Shown here: piece after piece, positions 17,115 to 17,537 of the stretch
How positions within the stretch are numbered: position 1 is the first letter of the stretch
Layout of the letters: each line of letters opens with the position of its first letter
NCBI GenBank assembly: GCA_038213805.1
Contig: JBBQSO010000104.1
Span: 1 to 17,537, forward strand
Reading direction: 5' to 3'
Length of the DNA: 17,537 bases
From: Planctomycetota bacterium
GTDB taxonomy: Bacteria; Planctomycetota; UBA11346
Program-made: the position numbers and the translations under genes
Notes under the pieces: model-generated
The model's database searches: none
Told to the model about the DNA's origin: nothing
What the model saw: the letters and a program-made list of their open reading frames with translations, nothing else

Positions 17115-17142
17115 ACTCTAGGAACGGTTGGGAAGGCCTCAA
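17115..17142 (-). promoter_or_regulatory. Putative promoter for a leaderless clpP mRNA
   Basis: TTGAGG-16 nt-TAGAGT, ending 6 nt before the ATG; no SD sequence. Confidence 0.45.
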
Positions 17143-17173
17143 GCCCGTTGCCGACGAACCACGGCACTGTCGT

Positions 17174-17537
17174 TCAATCGTCGCGGCGGCCGCCGAGCAG
17201 TCCGGCCTGGGCCGCCCAGTAGAGCAGGTTCATCAGCGCGATGCCCGCACCGGCGATGTAGGTCATGCCGGCGGCAAGCAGCACCCCACGCACTGCGTGG
17301 TCCTCCTCACCGGGCTGGGTGATGCCAAGGGCGACGAGGCGCTCGCGGGCGCGGGCGGAGGCGTTGAATTCCACCGGCACCGTGACCAGCGAAAAAGCGG
17401 TGGCGGTACCGAACAGCGCGACACCGGCCAGGGCCAGGGTGTAGCCCAGGCCGCCGCCATGCGCCGCCTGGTGGGCCGCGCCGAGCCCCGCGCCGATGAT
17501 CACCAGCCACGGTCCGATCATGTTTCCGATATTGGCG
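17174..17537 (-). CDS. YugP-like neutral zinc metallopeptidase, membrane-bound (5' part outside window)
   Basis: FSLVTVPVEFNASARA..VRGVLLAAGMTYIA is the characteristic C-terminus of this family; the ORF runs to the window edge. Confidence 0.88.
   Translation of the reverse strand, partial: ANIGNMIGPWLVIIGAGLGAAHQAAHGGGLGYTLALAGVALFGTATAFSLVTVPVEFNASARARERLVALGITQPGEEDHAVRGVLLAAGMTYIAGAGIALMNLLYWAAQAGLLGGRRDD

Overview
GC-rich bacterial window, probably Planctomycetota (inferred from the protein repertoire). Left: a secreted helical-repeat protein and a sialate O-acetylesterase (SASA/SGNH family). Centre (~4400-9690): a visibly lower-GC island. It is bounded on the left by a decayed IS3-family element and carries a second SASA/CE6-like esterase coupled to a DUF6288-like PDZ/helical/HEAT protein. 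Right: nrdR translationally coupled to a 477-aa protein with two ATP cones and a class III ribonucleotide reductase (NrdD)-like core that appears to lack the catalytic cysteines and the glycyl-radical domain, a candidate RNR pseudo-enzyme and the most striking item. It is followed by an orphan OppA-like binding protein, a 78-aa unknown protein downstream of DnaA-box-like motifs, and a lipoprotein thioredoxin/ECF sigma/anti-sigma-PDZ operon with an ECF-type promoter. The window ends with a small membrane protein, an octamer repeat element around a perfect hairpin, clpP and a partial YugP-like Zn peptidase. All family calls come from motif recognition by eye; no searches were run.
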